A DNA stretch of 63,238 nt, the filler included, from Chiloscyllium plagiosum (taxonomy: Eukaryota), in the NCBI RefSeq assembly GCF_004010195.1. It is 4 parts of one record of this genome, joined end to end, with 100 filler letters (N's around TTAATTAATTAA, not from the genome) between each part and the next. Parts side by side here need not be neighbours in the genome. Positions count along the whole stretch, not along the records: positions 1 to 25,390 come from NC_057715.1; 3 more parts are not named here. One strand, 5' to 3'. Below the pieces are notes generated by a model. The model did no database searches. It worked only from the letters and a program-made list of their open reading frames with translations, and was not told the origin of the DNA. The first letter of the stretch is position 1. The number at the start of each line of letters is the position of its first letter. Shown here piece by piece: positions 1 through 14,650 of the stretch. The position numbers and the translations under genes were made by a program.

Positions 1-545
1 GAATCCCTCCCTCCTACACCATCCTTGCAGCCACGTGTTCAACTGCACTCTCTCCCTATTCCTTGCCTCACTGTCACGTGGCACCGGCAACAACCCAGTG
101 ATGACGACTCTGTCTGTCCTAGCTTTTAGCTTCCAGCCTAACTCCCTGAGCTCCTGAATGACCTCCCCACCTATGTCGTTGGTGCCAACGTGCACCACGA
201 CTTCTGGCTGCACACCCTCCCCCTTAAGGATTCTGAAGACACGGTCAGAGACATCTCAGACCCTGGCACCCGGGAGACAACAAACCATCCGAGAGTCTCG
301 TCCATGTCCACAGAACCGTGTCTGTCCCTCTAACTATAGAGTCTCCTATAACTAGCGCTCTCCTCCTCGCCCCCTTTCCCTTCTGAGCCTCAGAGCCGGA
401 CCTCGTGCCAGAGACCCTGTCACTGCAGCTTACCCCTGATAGGCCATTCCCCCCCCCCAACAGTATCCAAAGAGGTATACTTATTGTTGAGGGGGAACAA
501 CCACAGGGGATCCCTGCACTGCCTGCTTCCTCCCCTTCCCACCTC
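1..545 (-). mobile_element. CR1-clade LINE ORF1 fragment (SGNH/GDSL esterase-like domain)
   Basis: Minus ORF 245-460 contains ALVIGDSIVRGTD, the esterase block of CR1 ORF1; homologous to 58615-59100. Confidence 0.8.
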
Positions 546-696
546 TAACCTCTGACCAAAGTGAATAAGACCTCGCCACGTCTACCTCTATTAATAAGTT
601 TCAGTCAGGTTGCTTGTCAATCAGTGCAGCCCAACCTACTCAACCTCTCCTCAGAAGATAGTCCCTCCGCACTTGGTATCAGCTGCCTCCAATACC

Positions 697-2960
697 GATT
701 AGAAACAGGAAAGGAGGGGAGAGGTCACCCTGCTGGGAGTTTTCTATAGGCTTCCAAATAGTTCCAGAAATGTAGGGGATAGGATAGCAAAGATGATTCT
801 TGATAGGAGAGAGAGTAACAGGGTAGGTGGTATGGAGGACTTGAACTTTCCAAATATTGACTGGAAATACTATAGTTTGAGTACTTTAGATGGGTCAGTT
901 TTTGTCCAATGTGTGCAGGAGGGTATATAGACAGGCCAACAAGGGACAGCCACATTAGGTTTGGTACTGGGTAATGAACCTGACCAGATGTTAGATTTGG
1001 AGGTAGGTGAGCACTTTGGTGATAATGACCACAATTCAGTTATGTTTACTTTAGTGATGGAAAGGGATAGATATATACCGCAGGGCATAAGTTATAGCTG
1101 GGGTAAAGGCAATTATGATGCAATTAGACAAGATTTATGATGCAATTAGACAAGATTTAGGATGCATAGGATGGCAAAAGAAACTGCAGGGGATAGGCAC
1201 TATTGAAATGAGGAACTTATCAAGGACTTGCAGTAGCTGTTCCTTGAATAAGTATGTACCTGTCAGGCAAGGAGGGAATTGTTGTGCGAGGGAGCAGTGT
1301 TATTACAGAAGCTGAATCTCGTCAAGAGGAAAAAGGCGGCTTGTTAGGATGAGATGTGAAGGCTCAGTTAGGGCATTTGAGTTACAAGTTAACCAGGAAA
1401 GACTGAAAGAGCGAGCTAGGAAAAGCCAGGATAGGATATGAGAAGTTGTTGGTCGATATTATCAAGGAAAACCTTATGGGTTTCTATATGTATATCAGGA
1501 ATAAAAGAATGACTAGAGTAAGATTAGAACCAATCAAGGATTGTTGTGGGAAGTTGTACATGGGGTCAGGAGATAGGGGAAGCTCAAAATGATTTTTTTT
1601 GTGTCAGTATCCACATTGGATAATGTGGATGTTAGGGGAGAATACTGCGATACAGGCTACTAGACTAGATGGGATTGGGGTGCACAAGGATGTGGAGTTA
1701 GCAATTCTGGACAGTGTGAAAACAAATAAATCCACTGGGCCGGATGGGATTTACCCTAGGATTCCCTGGGAAGCCAGGGAAGAGATTGTTGAGCCTTTGG
1801 CTTTGATCTTGATGTCATCATTGTCTACAGGAATAGTGCAAGACTGGAGAATAGCAAACGCTGTCCTCTTGTTCAAGAGGCGGAGTAGAGACAATCCTGG
1901 TAATTATAGACCAGTGAGCCTTACTTTAGTTGTGGGTATAGTGTTAGAAAAGGTTACAAGAGATAGGATTTATAATCAGCTAGAAAGGAATAAGTTGATT
2001 AGGGATAGTCAACACGGTTTTTACGAAGAGTAAGTCGTACCTCACAAACCTTATTGAGTTCTTTGAGAAGGTGACCAAACAGGTGGATGAAGGTATAGCA
2101 GTTGATGTGGTGTATATGGATTTCAGCAAGGCAATTGACAAGGTTCCTCAAGGTAGGCTATTGCATAAAATACAGAGGCATGGGATTGAGGGTAATTTAG
2201 TGGTTTAGATCAGAAATGGGCTAGCTGAAAGAAATTAGAGGGTGATGGCTGATGGGAAATATTCATCCCCGAGTTCAGTTACTAGTGGCGTACTGCAAGG
2301 ATCTGTTTTGGGGCCACTGCTGTTTGTCATTTTTATAAATGACCTGGATGAGGGCATAGAAGGATGGGTTAGTAAATTTGCTGACGACACTAAGGTCGCA
2401 AAGTTGTGGATAGTGCTGAAGGATGTTGTAGGTTCCAGATGGACATAGATAAACTGCAGAGGTGGGCTGACAGGTGGCAAATAAAGTCTAATGTGGAAAA
2501 GCGTAAGGTGATTTACTTTGGCAGGAGCAACAGGAATAAAGCATACTGGGTTAATGGCAAGATTCTTGGTAGTGCAGATGAACAGAGAGATCTCTGTGTC
2601 CATGTGCATAGATCTCTGAACGTTGCCAACCAGGTTGAAAAGGTTGTTAAGGCAGCATACAGTTAGCTTTTATTGGTAGAGGATTGAGTTTCGGAGCCAT
2701 AAGGTCAAGCTACAACTGTACAAAACTCTGGTGCAGCCGCACTTGGAGTACTACATATAGTTCTGGTCATCGCGTAATAGGAAGGATGTGGAAGCTTTGG
2801 GAAGGGTTCAGAGGAGATTTACCAGGATGTTGCCTGGTGTGGAGAGAAGGTCTGATGAGGAAAGGCGGAGGGACTTGAAGAGGTTTTCATTAGAGAGGAT
2901 TTTAAGACGTGACTTAATTGAGACATACAAGATAATCAGAGGGTTAGAGTAGACAGTGAG
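697..2960 (+). mobile_element. Degenerate CR1 LINE ORF2 (endonuclease C-part plus reverse transcriptase)
   Basis: [50 protein letters not shown] in broken frames. Confidence 0.95.
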
Positions 2961-2974
2961 AGCCCTCTCAGGTT

Positions 2975-3521
2975 GACAGGGTAGTGAAGACACCATTTGG
3001 TACATGTGCCTTTATTGGTCAGCACAATGAGTGTGGAGTTGGGGTATCATGCTGTAGCTGTACAGGACATTGTTTAGGCCATTTTTGGAAGCATTAGAGG
3101 GTTTGAGCTGTAGGGAGAGGTTGAATAATTTGGTGCTGTTTTTCCGGGAGCAGAGGGAGAGGGGTTATCTTATAGAGGTTTATAAGGTTATAAAAGGGCA
3201 TGGATAGTGTGAATAGCCAAGGTCTTTTCGCTGGTGTTGGGAAGAGTCCAAAACTAGAGGGCATAGGTTTAAGGTGACAGGGGAAAGATTTAAAAGGGTC
3301 TCAGGGCAATTCTTTCCACACAAAGGATGAATGGAATAAACTGCCAGAGGCTGATACAGTTACAAAATTTAAAAGGCATGTGGATAGACATGTGATTTGG
3401 AAGGGTTGAGAAGAATATGGGCCAAATGCTAGCAACTAGAACTAAAATTTAGAGTATCTGGTTGGCATGGAGGAGTTGGATCGAAGGGTCTGTTTCTGAG
3501 CTGTACGTCTCTACGACTCTG
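2975..3521 (+). mobile_element. HER1-type CR1 LINE 3' fragment
   Basis: 3' end gaagggtctgtttc...ctctacgactct shared with many copies in the window. Confidence 0.8.
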
Positions 3522-5593
3522 TTACCTTTCCAGAACGAGCATATCAAGGTTGCCTCATTCTTCTAAAATCCACTGATTGCAGATTCAACCTACTCAATCT
3601 CACTTTCCCATCTGACCAATCTTGGGATCAACTCTTCAAACTCACCATAACAACCTCAATTCTACACTCACTGGCATATTGTTTCAAATGTAAACAATTC
3701 AAAAATAGGATGCGCAAGAACACGCAGTGACATTATTGTAAAGCAAGATGTAACAGGTGCTAGAATTCCAAAATAACAAAATGCTGTAAATACTCAGATC
3801 AGGCAGCTTTCAAAAGGAGAGTGTGTGTTCTTGTTTCATGTCATGACCTTCCATCAGAATACACTGCTGAAACACCAATTGGGCCTTGCTCCACAGATGC
3901 TGCCTAACATGAGATTTCCTATTTTTATGTCAACATTATTATCCTGAATATAGGCTTTCCTTAAAAGTCTTATAAGAAAGACAAAAAGGAATCTCATTTC
4001 TCCTTGTTCACAAATTTATGAATAGATTCTTGCCTGCATGTAACATGACCTGCAAAAGAAAACAGTTCCAGAGTCAATATTTCTCATTTTAAATTTTATT
4101 TCCCAATGGAATAAATCTATTGTGCAATTTTAATCTGCACCTCGCCAACAATCCAAAATCTTCACAGAAAGCCTAGCAGTCTCTAGTGTTGTTACTAACT
4201 AAGCTTCTGGATTTGACAGTCTCTGGGCAGTCATTAAAAATCAGAAACTTATGCTTTCAGTTACAGCTCTAAGAACTTTGAGGAAGGTAATGTTTCAACA
4301 AATTGTGGGAGTCATGGTTATATTATGCAATTTAAGATTGGAATGCAACTTAAATTTTACAAACATGGTGAGATAAAAGAGACATTTGTCAGAAGAAACG
4401 ACTTGGTGTAATCTATGCAACATATAGACACCACCTGCAGATATGTTCCCCACAACTCCTTCACAGCAGCTGCACTGCAATGTTACCAGCCATTTATTGC
4501 TCACAACTTTGATAATTATCACTTATTTCTGAAATAAGTCAGTGCTTCCATTTAAAACGGGTAACAATCCTTTCTATGCTTCATCTTCCTTCAATAAAGA
4601 AATTGTGCTGTCTAGATAAAACATACTTTCATTTCTAGTGCTATTTGTTCCAAGCTGACGACACTTTCAACACATTCCAGCCAACTATGAGCATTTCAAC
4701 TAATTCACCAATACTTGATGAAAAAAATACATAATTTAATTGGTTAGAAAACTGCCAGCTCAGTCAATTAAATCCTTTGGGGAAGACTAGTGGAGAGAAG
4801 GTCTGTGGTCAAACATTACTTTCACACATTGTATTCAAAACGGTCACAATTACGGATGGGTCTACCACTTCAGAAGAATTTTAAGGGTCATTTTGCTTGT
4901 CAAGAGTTTATTTTCTTGAGGACTGTTAGAACTACTTCATATTATCAGTCCCTACTATAGTGTATGGCATCGTTACAGATTGTAAAGAAAATGGAAGTAA
5001 AGGTTCACAATGATTATGCATTTATGATATAGGAATGAGTGAGTATGAACTGTTTGGATTGTCTCCTTTCTAAACCAGGATGCACGTGATGCCAGATCTC
5101 CATTTCTTGCCTCATCATTCATGAATGTGGATGTGACCGGCAATGGCAGGATTAATTTTCCATTCCTAACTGCCCTCATGGTGGAATGTGAGACCCTTCT
5201 TGAACATAGAGACACCCACAGCATTAGCTGAGAAAAAGTTGCAGAATTTTGGCCTAGCGTAAATAATTCAAGTCAGAATGTTGTGATGTGCAGGAAACTT
5301 GTCACGTGCCTATAGCCTTTGCGTCTAGCTGGGTGATGCAATTTTCAAGACTGTCAAGTTCTAAGACTAAAGTTTGCATTAACAGGAATTAAATACACTT
5401 TTCCAGCACTTAAAAACATGTAGTTTGTTTTAAAAGTCTAAATATTTCTAAGAATCTTATGTTGGTACATTCTTATGCAATGGTTTTATTACCTATCTTG
5501 CCATTTGCCTGTATGTTTTCAAGTCTGATTACTCCAATATTCAACAGCTATTAAACAATGAGTCACCACTGTTCAACATTTACATTCTAAATT

Positions 5594-5725
5594 CTAGATT
5601 ACTGACGAAGGGCTTACGCCCGAAACGGCGGTTCTCCTGCTCCTCGGATGCTGCCTGACCGATTGTGTTTTTCCAGCATTACACACTCAACTCTGAGCTC
5701 CAGCATCTGCAGTCCTCACTTGCTC
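5594..5725 (+). mobile_element. Short PLE terminal-repeat fragment with hammerhead-like motif
   Basis: CTGACGA-agggcttacgccc-GAAA; flanked by 11-bp duplication cattctaaatt (5583-5593, 5726-5736). Confidence 0.8.
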
Positions 5726-7362
5726 CATTCTAAATTTACATTCATTTATTATAGTTCCAGTTCTGAGACAGTGGTAAATACGTATGTGTGAATTATGAAG
5801 GCTACTTTAGTAATACTTGCAGGATTGGCAGTACGTTTTCAGGTCCTTTTTTAGCAATTGAAAATTGTCTACCATTCTATTATGAAACATTATACACAGC
5901 CATGGGTGTATTACAGGTATGCACAAAAGTCATACATTGGATTTAAACCAAATGCAGTAATCCTATCCTCCCCAAGTCGTCCATTACTCAGCTGTACACT
6001 GACAAAACCAATTTCTGGGATTCCTTAGGGCGCTATCATGTTGTTGACAAAGGAAGAACTGCCATCAGAAGAGAAAATAAATGAGAGCTATGTATCTATC
6101 TGGATGCCCTTTGTGACCGAATAAAGAATAAAACAGTTCAAGAAACCAAAAGTGATGAGGGATTGTATGTAGTTGTTGCAATTCGTTTCAGTGAAATCAA
6201 GATGCAAAACAGCCCTCTTCACCCAGTGTACTCCCATCAGGGCCCCAAGCTTTTGTGGTCACAAAGTCACCAACCCTATTTGGCTTCAAGTTTAGTGGCA
6301 CTCTTAAAAAAAAAAAGCCATCTGAATGCACAGCAGGAATCTTCGCACAGCTGACCAAATATTAAGTTTTAATAACTACAACAAACAAGCATTTAAGTAA
6401 CACATTTGGCTGTTTTGAAGGAACTTATGGGTTTAATTACATTTTAAGACAACTCACCGTCATCAGCTTCAGGGTGGTGAATTTCACACATTTGTCCTAA
6501 ATACATCCTATTATTTTTTATTTCTAAATTAATAGCAATGAATCACTCATCAAGGGACTTGGCAATTAACCAATAAGAGAAAATCTGAAAATTCAACAAT
6601 AGTCTTCTTCAAATTGGTCAGCTCTTATAAAAATTCTTTTATATTAACCAGCTGCACACAGACTCTCCTGGCATCGCTTCCCAATTCAATTAAAATTAGT
6701 TAATGTAGGCTTTGGCACATGGTTAAGAATGAGCAATAGCACTTCAGCAAAAGGAAAACACCAAACAGAGTGGTGTATTTCTCTCGTACGTACACATGGG
6801 TCTAGACCAAGATTCCCCAGCGGCTATAAAGAATGAACTAACTTCAGTTTAAGCCATGAAAAAAATCAAAGCTCCAGGGGGGAGCATTACCTAATCCAGT
6901 TCTGCAAAAGTTTTACATTTCATATTGCATTGAAGTTTTAGTGGGAGAAAGAACTAAACATCAAAGTACATCATTCCTTAGTTAACAATCCATTGTGAAG
7001 ATTCATGAAAATGGATTTATTCATTCTCAGAAATATCAAGGCAGTGATATCTCTCAGATTAACTATTACAAAAATAAAACTGGACTAATGCTTGATGTGA
7101 TTTCTGTTGCATGACTCCATAATTTCTTGTTATTCAATTGAACTCAAGTATAGTATGGTTTCAGTACAAATTAATGCTTTTTAAGACCAAATAAATATTT
7201 ATTATAATATTTGGAATTATATATTAAAAATAATCAAGCCCTATATAAAAAAAAAGATCTCCAACTCGTTGTCTTTACCATGTCCAACATCAAAACAACC
7301 AGAATTACAACTAGATTAGTATGTACAAAATGTATAGGTTCTTCAGCACAACATATTCTAAC

Positions 7363-7489
7363 CTTTGTCCTGGAATGCAATCCTTTCTTTCTGCAACAAT
7401 TCCAGTTCTCGTCCAAGTGCCTTCTCCTGTCTTTGTAATTCATTCTGAAGTACTAGAATCTTCAGCTGTAAACGCTCCCGTTCCTTTTT
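7363..7489 (-). CDS. UVRAG: UVRAG internal coding exon (coiled-coil region), 127 nt
   Basis: ttgtag|...|gttaga splice sites; [42 protein letters not shown] matches recalled vertebrate [33 protein letters not shown]; in phase with the upstream exon. Confidence 0.95.
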
Positions 7490-7564
7490 CTACAAGGGGT
7501 TAAAACAAAAGGGAACAGATTCACCTCCATCAATTACCAATTTCACTCAACTGCCTCTTCCACC

Positions 7565-9165
7565 CACTCAAGTGTCAAGTGCCCTGGACTGGATGGAATG
7601 CATCCTAGGATATTAAAAAGGAACTAGCTATAGAGATAGTGGATGTGTTTGCATTATGGAAAAGCCAAGAGGATTGAAAAACTGCCAATATAAACACCTG
7701 TAAGTCAAAAACAAAGGAAGTAATAAACAGGTAATTATAGGCCAGTTAGCTTAATGTCCGTTACTGAGAATGTGCTCGAGCCCATCATAAAGGATGTAAT
7801 AACAGCATTTAGAAACCCATGTAATCAAGCAAAGTAAGCATAGCTTTATGAAGGGGAAAAAATTACTAGAATTTTTTGAGAATGTAACAAGTAGGACAGT
7901 TAAGAGGGAAGCTGTGGATGTAATATATTTAGATTTTCACAACTCTTGATAAAATGCCACATAATAGGCTATGTAAAATAAGAGCCCGTGGAGTCAGAGG
8001 CAGTATATTTGCTTGCAAAGAGAACTGGCTGACTAATAGGTGACAGTTAGGAGGAGGGCTTTGGCAGAATTGTTGTTATCTGTAACTACTGGAGTGCCAC
8101 AAAGATCAGTGCTGATGCCATAATTATTGATGTCAACTTGGATGAGGAAAATCAATGTACTGCAGTTAAATGTGCAGATGATAGAAAAATAGGTGGGAAG
8201 GCAAGTGGTGAACGTGCAAAGATTCTGCAGAAAAGGTACACAATTTAAGAATCATCTAGCTCAAAAACAAATCCTTTGGTCCAACTTATTCATGCTGACC
8301 AGGTTTCCCAAACTGAACTAGACCCTTTGCCTGTTTTTGGCCCAGTATCCCTATAATGTTTGGGAATAGGCAAAACCTCAGTAGGAATACATGGGAAAAG
8401 ATGAAACTTTGGAAGGGAGAGTAGAGGAGCTGAATTTTATTCAAGTGGAGAAAGATTACAAAAAACTGCCGATCAGAGGGATTTGGGGGTCCTCAAGCTT
8501 GAATCACAAAAAGCTAACAGGTTAGTTCAGTTGGTAATCAGAAAAATGGACTATTGGCCCTTAATTGATAGGGAATGAGGTATAAAGTAGGGAGGCTTTT
8601 CTAAAACTATAAAGGGTACTAGACAGGCCACAGCAGGAATGCAGTGAACAGTTTTGGACCCCTCATGGAAGGAAAGATTACTTCGGTTAACACCAGATAC
8701 AGAAGGATTGTTGTTTGGGGGGGAAACAGTGCTTTGGAGCACTGGACGTGCATGCATTAGAATTTAGAATACTGGGAGGGGACCTTATTAAAACATGCAA
8801 GATGCTTAGGGGAGCTGACAAGATAGATATGGAAAGGTTGTTTCCCCTTGTGGGAGTGTAGGACCAGAGGGCATCATCTCAGACTATGGGGTCACCTGAT
8901 TAAGACAGATGAGGGAAGATTTCCTTCCCTGAGGGTAGTGAATCTATGGAACTCTTTACTACAAAGGGCTGTCAAGACTAGATCATTAAAAATATTTAAG
9001 GCTGAGATAGACAGACTTTTAATCAGGAAGGAAGGGAATCAAGGGCTGTTGGTAAAAAGCAGGAAAGTGGAGTTGAGGGATCATTTGATCAGTCATGAGC
9101 TCATGGAGTCTGCTCCACCATTCAATGAGCTGAATGACCCATGTCTGCTCTTATATTAGTCTTAC
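7565..9165 (+). mobile_element. Old degenerate CR1 LINE (RT to 3' end)
   Basis: Degenerate GPDG/NYRPVSL/GVPQ/ADD-type coding remnants and CR1-type 3' UTR. Confidence 0.8.
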
Positions 9166-12029
9166 AATGGCCTTTGGTGAAATAACATTTGGGGATGATA
9201 ATCTGTGCGCTGCACAACATATGGTGCTACTATCCAGCAGGCCAAATGCTAAAACCAACAACACAAGATCCCAAACACTTTTTCATACATTGAAGCACCT
9301 CAACTTGAACAGTACTTTTTGTTGCAGATTGGTGCAGAGTAGAAGGGAGATTTTGAAGGAAATTATCCTCAACTACTTGAGTGCCTTCTGAATGGTCCAA
9401 AAGTGGAACTGACAAAAACGTAAGCTGGACCTCAAACAAAAGCAAAAACATAATGTGGAGAAACTCAGCAGATCCAGCAGCATCTACCGACAGTCAGCAT
9501 TTCGTCTATGTTGGGAGAAAGGCCACTGCACTTGAAACATTAACACTTTTTTCCCTCTCCACACAGGTTGCCAGAGCTTGCTGAGTTACTCTAAGACTTG
9601 CTGCTTTTGTTTCAAGACGGACCAGATTTGACAGCATCCATTTGGAAGGACATAGTCTGTCTTGCCCACACAGGCAAAGTTTCCACAGAGTCAGAAACAA
9701 TCACAAACATTTGTTGTTTGACAGTAGAAATGCTGGTGGATCTAAGGAAGAAGGGAGTTAATAACTTGGAATCAAATTTGGAATTTAATACCACAGGGTT
9801 TTTCCTGATATCTTGTCCTAATAGTTGACAAGTATGGTTTCTCTCTGAACATGGACAAGAGTGAAATTTTAGTAAATGCCTTTGCAAGTCAAACCGTGTC
9901 ATTCCTACATGTTTCCCATTATTCACCTTGCTTGCTACTTCCTCCACTGAACTGTCTATCAAGTTAAACAAGCACCTGCATTATTTCATACAGCAAGTGC
10001 CACACAGAGTACTTTACCACGGAGGAAAACGGCAAAAAGTGAGAAATGTAAAAAGAATCAAGTCAACAGCATTTGAAAAAAAATTAAGAAGAAATCAAAA
10101 AAGCACAGAAGACGACAGTAAATATTGAGCAGACTTCTCAAAGTAAGGTAGGAGGAGAGTGATAACAGGGAATTGTGAAGAGCAGGGATATAGTGCCCAA
10201 ATGGGTGCCCATCAACAATGAACATGGAACAAGGTGATTGCCACTTTTGGAGTGTAAGCAGTTTGTACAATTACATTATGCAAATGAGATGTAGTTTAAG
10301 GTATTTTAGTGCTGACATACTTTTAAACTCAATAGAAAAGAAATTTCTGCAAAGGATGGGTCCCACCACTAATATTTTGTGGCAGCAACTGCCAAACACA
10401 GAATTGGCATTGTAGTGGAAACAAAAACAAGATATGTAGCCACCAGTGCAGCCACATTAACATTATCAGAAAAAATATGACAAAGGTTTCAAATAAAAGC
10501 AGCAAGAAATAATAGCCTCAAACGTTAACCCTTTTGACAGTCAGTGTAATTGATCATGTGGTTAGCGATCTTAAATGTCACAATAAAACCATAAATCAAC
10601 AGAAAATAGATTCTTTGCCTTTCTTAAACTATTTTGTCTGCACAGGGTACCTCAGTAAAAAATGTTTTAAAATGAAAGCCAAATGGAAACTCAGATGATG
10701 AAAACACATCGCTCATTACTGCAAGGCATCTCCATTCTAGATCAAGCGACTCTACAGCTTAACAGTGCTGTCCATCACAAGTTACCACTAAGGTGCTACA
10801 AAACTGTCTGCAGCAGTTTATTTTACAAAAAAAAATCCCTGGATTTGACAGGAGTTATGTTTTCACAGATGTCTATATTTAACCAAAAATAGAAAATGGT
10901 CATCCAAACGGAATGAGAGGTTGAAAATTGCTGCAGTCCTGAACAACTGCAGCTGTAACCTCAGCTGGAAAGGACACCATAGATTTATACATTTGGACAG
11001 AAAGCTGTGAGATAAATGGCCATAACATAATCAACTACATAACATTTCTGGGCAATGAGTCTTTTAAACTACTGCCCTCAGACAGAATCTAGTACAGACC
11101 AAAGATTTTACGGATTGAACTGGATATTACACTAGAAAGCTTCAATATGCAATTTGATGAATATGTTTCAGAACAGATGTGACATCTACCGACAGTATCA
11201 CATAATAATACCAAAATAATTACAATTAGTTCACCAAGAATATCAGAGTGCTTTTTACTCTCAGGTTTCCAACAAGTATATATTATGGACTGCAAGATAC
11301 TTACTTCAAGTGGAGGGTAATTTTATTTCATGACAATTGTCAATAAGGCATTGGATGTGTGTTGGGAATTAAATAATTGGCTTTGGTGATTTGGTCTCAA
11401 TGCGATACAGTTTCAGGTTTTCCTCAGCATGGGGTTTGAGTAATCCCTGTCTGCTTTCCATAAGGTGAATATAAAGTCACCATATTCCCAGTGGATCCTA
11501 AGGCTACTTTTTCACTAGTAAGATGACAACGACTGATGATGAGTTTAGCCTGGGGGTTACCAAGCTTCAGGTAGGGTTAAGGAGGCAAGACCTTCATGCT
11601 AACCTCAACTAGTTCAGGAAATGAATTGTTGATGTCACTGCATTGCAAACCAGCCAACTGCACTAACCACCCAAACAAGGTACCCTAAACCAAAACAACA
11701 GGCTTGCCAAAACAGTGTACCATTTTCCATGTCCTAAATCAGCTGTCGGACAACACTAGTACATTGCAAACAAAGGCCACTAAATCTACTTCCCTGTAAC
11801 GACTGTCCAGTAACCTCTGCCTCAACCAGTTTTGTCAATGGAAATCACTGTTCATCTGATTGAATTCACTAACTTGGAACAAAGGATCCTTTTCATCAAT
11901 AAACCTGCTATGTTGCCTTTGGTTAGCTCCCCAGACCACACTCTCTTCCAGTCTGGAGATGTGGCTCCTGGCATGTGGAAGCAGTGACTGAAATCCACTA
12001 GTTTCTCCTTAACACAAGGCATCATTATG

Positions 12030-12360
12030 AGTAGGTGGCACAGCAGTCACATCACTGGCCTAACAATCTCTACCTCTAGTATCTCGAGCCTTAGTTCAAA
12101 TCCCACCATGGCAGACAATCTAGAACAAATAGCAGGCCATTTCATCACTGTCAATTGCCATAAAAATCCACATTATTCATGACTGTCCTTTATACAAGAA
12201 AATCTGTTGCCCTTACCTGGTCTGGCCTCCACATGATTCCAGATCCACAGCACGGTTGACTTGATAGGCTATTTCAACCACTTGGTTCAAAGTCAATTAG
12301 TGATGGATAATAAAGGCTGGCTTACTGACAATGCTCCTCAAATCTTGAACGAATACAAAC
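12030..12360 (+). mobile_element. tRNA-derived SINE, second family (degenerate)
   Basis: gttcaaatcccaccatggcag B-box head, ccttacctggtctggcct core; homologous to 55810-56135. Confidence 0.65.
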
Positions 12361-12469
12361 ATGCATCCACGTACAGCTAATCAGTGTTATCCCTTGGTGC
12401 TCTATTATTTCTCAAGCATACAATGTGAAGATCAGTGGGAAGCCAGTGGATTAGCAAGTATTTAAAACA

Positions 12470-14650
12470 GTAGACAGTTTAAAAAAAGCGAGGTGGGGGG
12501 TGGGGGAGATTGAGAGAGAAAATGAAATTAGGGTAACTACTAGTAATATAAATGAGGTTTGCAAGAGCTTTCTTTAGATATAATGTTCTATATAAAATGA
12601 GACTGGGACAAGAGTAGATCACTGGAAAATGAGGCTATAGTAGTAGTAATAGGAAACAAAAAAAGGAACTGAATAGGTGCTTTGCATCAGTCATAATGGT
12701 AGAAGATACCGAGCATAGCAGAACTTCAAGGGAGAGTCAGAGGGCAGAGGTGAGAGTGTAGTGGCCATCACCAAGGAGAAGCTGAAATGTGGTGTAATCA
12801 TCCAGAAGGATTGGACTACACCCCAGAGTACTGACAGATAGGGGAGGCATTGGTGTGATCTTTCAAGAATCACTTGACTCAGGGTCTGAGGACTGGAAAA
12901 TGACTCATGTAACACTCCTGTTTAAGGGAGGGAGGCAGAAGACCTGAAACTATAGGCCAGTTAGTATAACCTTGGTTGCTGGGAAGATTTGAGAGCCCAT
13001 ATTTAAGCAGGAGATTGTGGAGTGCATGGTAAAATATGGCTGAGCCAACATGCTTCATCAAGGAAAGGTCACATCTGAAATCTACTCGAATTCTTTGGAG
13101 GAGATAATGAGCAAGTTAGACAAATGAAACAAATTAGACAACGGATTTGGATTTTCAGAAGGCCTTTTTTTAAAGATTAGATTAGATTACTTACAGTGTA
13201 GAAACAGGCCCTTTGGTCCAACAAGTCCACACCGACCCACAACCCACCCAGACCCATTCCCCTACATTTACCCCTTCACCTAACACTACAGGCAATTTTT
13301 AGCATGGCCAATTCACTTAACCTGCGCACTTTTGGACTGTGGGAGGAAACCGGAGCACCCCGAGGAAACCCACGCTGACATGGGGAGAATGTGCAGACTC
13401 CACACACAGTCAGTCGCCTGAGGCAGGAATCGAACCCCGGTCTCCGGCGCTGTGAGGCAGCAGTGCTAACCACTGTGCCGCCCATTGATAAAGTGCTGCA
13501 CAGGATGCTGCTAAATAACTAAGCACCAATGCTGCTGGACAAAATTTAGAATACAAATGGGATTGGCTAACTGGCAGCAACAGAGAGTGGGGATAAATGG
13601 TGTCTTCTTCAGGATGGCAGCTGGTGACTAGTGGAGCTGCGCTATTCACGTGATACATTAACAACCTGGATGAAGGAACGGAGGGTTTTATTGTTAAGTT
13701 GCAGATGACACAAAGATAGACAGAAAGACAGGTAGTGCTGAATAAGCAGGAAAGCTGCAGAAAGATTAGTACAGGGGCAAAGAAGTGGCAGATGGAATAC
13801 AATGTGGCAAAGTGGAAGATTATGCATTTTGGTAGGAAGGATAGAGGCACAGGGATAAAGTGGGGACTGTAGATGCTGGAGATCAGAGTCAAGAGAATGG
13901 TGCTAACAAAGCACAGATCAGGGAGCATCCGAGGAACAGGAGAATCAATGTTGTGGGCACAAGTCCTTCATCAGGAATACAGGCACAGACTATTTTCTCT
14001 AGGAGGGAAAAGCTTTGGAACCTGAAGGGTAAGGGATTCAGGTGTCCTAGTTCAGGATTTTCTTAACACTAACATGCAGGTTCCGTTGATAGTTAGAAGG
14101 GTAAATACAACATCAGCATTCAATTCAGGAGGGCTCGAACACAAATGAAAGGATGTATTGTTGAGACTGTACAAGGCTCCAGTCAGTCTGCATTTGTAAT
14201 ACAATGGGCAGTTTTGGGCTCCGTATCTAAGGAAGAATGCGTTGACATTGGAGGGGATCTAAACGAAGTTTACAAGAATGAATTTGGGGATAAAGGGCTC
14301 ATATCACTTCAGAAGTTGAGGACACTGGGTCTGTACTAAGTGGAGAATGGACACACACGAGGTTTTGAATAGTAGGAGAGACACAGCCTCAGCGTGAAGG
14401 GACAACCCTTTAGAATGGAGACAAGGAGACATTTCTTCAGTGGGTGATTAATCTGCGGAACTCATTGCTGCATAAGTTTGTAGAGGCCAAGTCATTAAGT
14501 GCATTTAAGACAGAGATAGATAGGTTCTTGATTAGTGAGGGGATTAAGGGTTACAGGCAGGAGAATAGATTGCAAAACATGTCATCCATGATTGAATGGT
14601 GGAGCAGATTCAATGGGCCAAATGGCTTAATTATGCTCCAATATCTTCTG
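12470..14650 (+). mobile_element. Old CR1 LINE interrupted by an HE1 SINE and a PLE fragment
   Basis: RT remnants (aactataggccagttag, ttggattttcagaaggc, gcagatgacacaaag) and CR1 3' UTR. Confidence 0.8.
13174..13483 (-). mobile_element. HE1-type (V-core) SINE
   Basis: tRNA-like head gggcggcacagtggttagcactgctgcctcacag, V-domain core, (taatc)n tail. Confidence 0.9.
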
